From assembly GCA_048537945.1 (NCBI GenBank), contig CM108484.1, forward strand, positions 19,009,034-19,073,033: 64,000 nt of DNA, given 5' to 3'. The notes under the pieces were generated by a model that was given only the letters and a program-made list of their open reading frames with translations, was not told the DNA's origin and ran no database searches. Position 1 is the stretch's first letter, and each line of letters begins with the position of its first letter. This DNA comes from Mnemiopsis leidyi (Eukaryota). Below are positions 61,256-64,000 of the stretch, in pieces. The translations under genes and the position numbers were made by a program.

Positions 61256-64000
61256 CGAGAGAGAGTTTGTGAAAAAAGGTCACCAACCAGTCTGCTTGAA
61301 TAAATCTAACCTGATAGTTTTCATCACAGCACCGTCTTCTGTCGGCCTTCTGTCTGTACATCAATCTTCTGCACTGCCATGGTGACAAGGGTGACTCGTT
61401 CTGCTATGTTGCCATGCAATAACCGTGTGTGTAGACCGCTAGGTTGCAATGGTAACTGGCTGTCTCGTTTTGCTGCGTTGCCATGGTAACAGCGTGTCTC
61501 GCTCTACTACGTTTCCATGGTAACCGCGTGTATTAATGGCAGTACCATCTCTGGTGAGGGTCAAAAATGATTCTACTACTGATAAAACTTTTACATAATT
61601 CCAATACAAAGGATGTTCTGACCATGGTACTTAAAAATATTATTATTCAAATCCGATTGCGTGACTTTTCCGCTACAGCACTAAAAATATCTAAGCACTG
61701 ATATGTAAACATTATTATAGATGAGAGCAGACTGCAGAGGGAGCTTTTATGTTTATGTTAAGTTGAATTATTAATAAGTACCTGATACACTGGAGCACAT
61801 TTCTTCTTGATCCCTTAGCGTGCTTATAGATAGACAGTCATCCACACGATATCTCATACATCATAGAAGTACAAAGGTCCTGAATGTTCCTTTATGGAGG
61901 TCTTCTTTTAATTTTATAAAAGTTGTTGGAGTGGTTTGTTTTCACACACACTTGTCACCATAATATCCTAAAAGGAAGAGATTTTGAACTGAATCGGATA
62001 TATTCTATCATAAACTACATATATATCAACGTTCAACAGTTGTTGAGTATCTATTTACGACAATTTAAAAGCCTCTACAAGTTACCAGGAATAAAATGTT
62101 ACAACTATAAGATCCAAAGTAGATATTCAAGAGAAGGATTAATAAAAGTCAGCTATCGGAATTTCTTAACATATGGCTATTTTTCTTAATACCTGTACGA
62201 AGTATGATTAAAACGATTGAGCAATTAAATATTGCCACATCGGGATATCTGTATATATATCTGTATATATGTATGTATATATACATACGAATGAATTAAC
62301 AATAATACAACTAAAGTTTAGACTGCAAATATGCCACCAACGACTCTAGCGCAACTCTAAACAAACAAACAAATAATTGAAAGAAAAAGTTGGACAAGGC
62401 GAAAAATGAATTGTGATTTTAGCCTTGAAGCCTGTTAACCCATCATTTTGAAACTCCCCACTAATTAGCCTTCTGGATTTAGGCTAACGTAATTGTCTGT
62501 TGTATTTCTTTATTGTTATGAGCTTTTCAACGATTAGCAGAAATAAAATTTCGATCAACTTGGAACTGTGCACACGACTTGTCTAAACTTCGGAGCCGAC
62601 CGGTCCAGTTTTATTTCCAAAATATACCAGATTGGGAAATTCTCTAAATTTTCAGTTCTCGCTTATTATCCACTTGTCAGGTAATGCACTTGATATTCGT
62701 AGCCCTGGGCTGGCTCAGTGAGCATGTTGCATGTGATCTTTAACCAGACTTATTAGGCCAGTGCCCAAACTGAACCTCTCAGAACCCCTACTGAACCCCT
62801 CAGTCATCAAACTGAACCTCTCAGACCCTAACTGAACCTCTCGGTACCCAAACTGAACCACTTAGTGCTCAAACTTTATCACTCAGTGCTCAAAATGAGA
62901 AATGCCCGAGATGAGGCATCTTAACGTGTCTCAGACGTCTAAACGTAAAACTTCTAAAGTTTGGAACTACTTTTCAACTGATCCAGGCACGCCCCCCGTA
63001 ACCAACTGTAATGATGCTGTTAAGACTCATGAGATCAGGCAAAACTCATCAGAAAGTGCGAAGAAAAGGGACTCGGGCGTCAAAGATCAGCTTGAGGTGA
63101 ATGAGAAAGATTGCAGAAGGAGCCGATATTGACAGCTGCTTTTAAGCGGTGTAATTTCGACTATAACTTACATTATTAATAGAATATTAGAATATTTATA
63201 GCAGTAGTATATAATAGGTCACAGTATGACTTGATGAGAAGGCTGAGGCTTTAAAAAACTTTTCGAAAAAGTCAAAATGTGAGATATCACCTTCTCCCTG
63301 CCGTTCGGTTTCGGCCCTGTCTCCCCAAAAAATAAGACGAAAATGTGAGATACGTTCTATAAAGCCACAAGTCACAGCTCTGCAACTCAACGTACCGTTA
63401 AGACTCCGTATCAACAGTAACGTAAAACTTTAGATAGTAAATAACAGTAAATGTAACTGTCATCAAAATAGAGAGCTCGTAACTGCAAGGGTGAGTTGAT
63501 ATCTGTGATTATAAAGATCTAGTCCATCCATACACGTGGCCGAGAGCGCCACTTGATGCCACACAAATTCGATTGAGATGTAACTTTTTGCCTGTGTCTG
63601 AAAACCCCAACGGCCAACACAACTAATTATAGGTCAGCATTTAAATCCGTGCAACAAAACCAATCACACAAGTCAAGCTAAAGCGAGCAAGAACCAAGTT
63701 TTGACAGAATTATTTGGTAGGCTTATAGATTGACACAGTAATGGATCTGACAGAACAAACATTTACAGAAATGAGGACAGTACCACTTGCCTACCACGGT
63801 CAAAAACAGCCAAATGTACTGCTTATAGTATTGAAGTGTACTGCTTATAGTATTGAAACTTTTCTAAGATTCGTTCAACTGTCAGTGTGAATAGCAAGAG
63901 CAACAAAATAGGTCGGAGATCAGCAGGTCAAACTGCATCTCTGGCTATAATCAAACTGACGAATGTCTCTTTTACCGAAGAATTGAAGAAGGTCGTGACT

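Overview
This is eukaryotic (metazoan) genomic DNA: AT-rich, with GT-AG introns and a very high load of microsatellites and minisatellites. I reconstructed three protein-coding genes by reading splice junctions. (1) On the + strand, a 12-coding-exon TGF-beta/activin type I receptor (ALK4/5/7- or Baboon-like) spanning about 1511-19138. It has a signal peptide, a three-finger ectodomain with the CCxxxxCN box, a TM helix, an SGSGSG GS-box, a GKGRFGEV glycine loop, an L45 loop [22 protein letters not shown], and [13 protein letters not shown]. (2) On the - strand, a 14-exon major vault protein (MVP) gene spanning 40384-23619, whose introns hold a 6.6 kb 60-bp minisatellite. (3) On the - strand, a 3-exon macrophage migration inhibitory factor (MIF)/D-dopachrome-tautomerase-family gene at 42961-41213, about 830 bp upstream of MVP. 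A terminal exon of an unidentified minus-strand gene lies between the receptor and MVP (20653-20890). Other features: two tRNA-derived SINE copies, several MITE-like inverted-repeat elements, and a composite foldback element at 43383-44700. The second half of the window (about 45350-64000, running to the window end) is one giant, diverged inverted duplication, with arms of at least 9.6 kb at roughly 95% identity. Its centre at 54840-55260 is a member of the same foldback family, and one arm carries a SINE insertion that the other lacks. The recurring unusual signal is that tandem arrays repeatedly start or end exactly at exon/intron junctions of both genes. Some of them copy the junction itself, giving about 21 copies of an exon 3' end plus donor, a triplicated acceptor plus 28 nt of exon, and arrays that terminate precisely at the AG of real acceptors. 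The phylum cannot be assigned; the presence of MVP argues against insects and nematodes.
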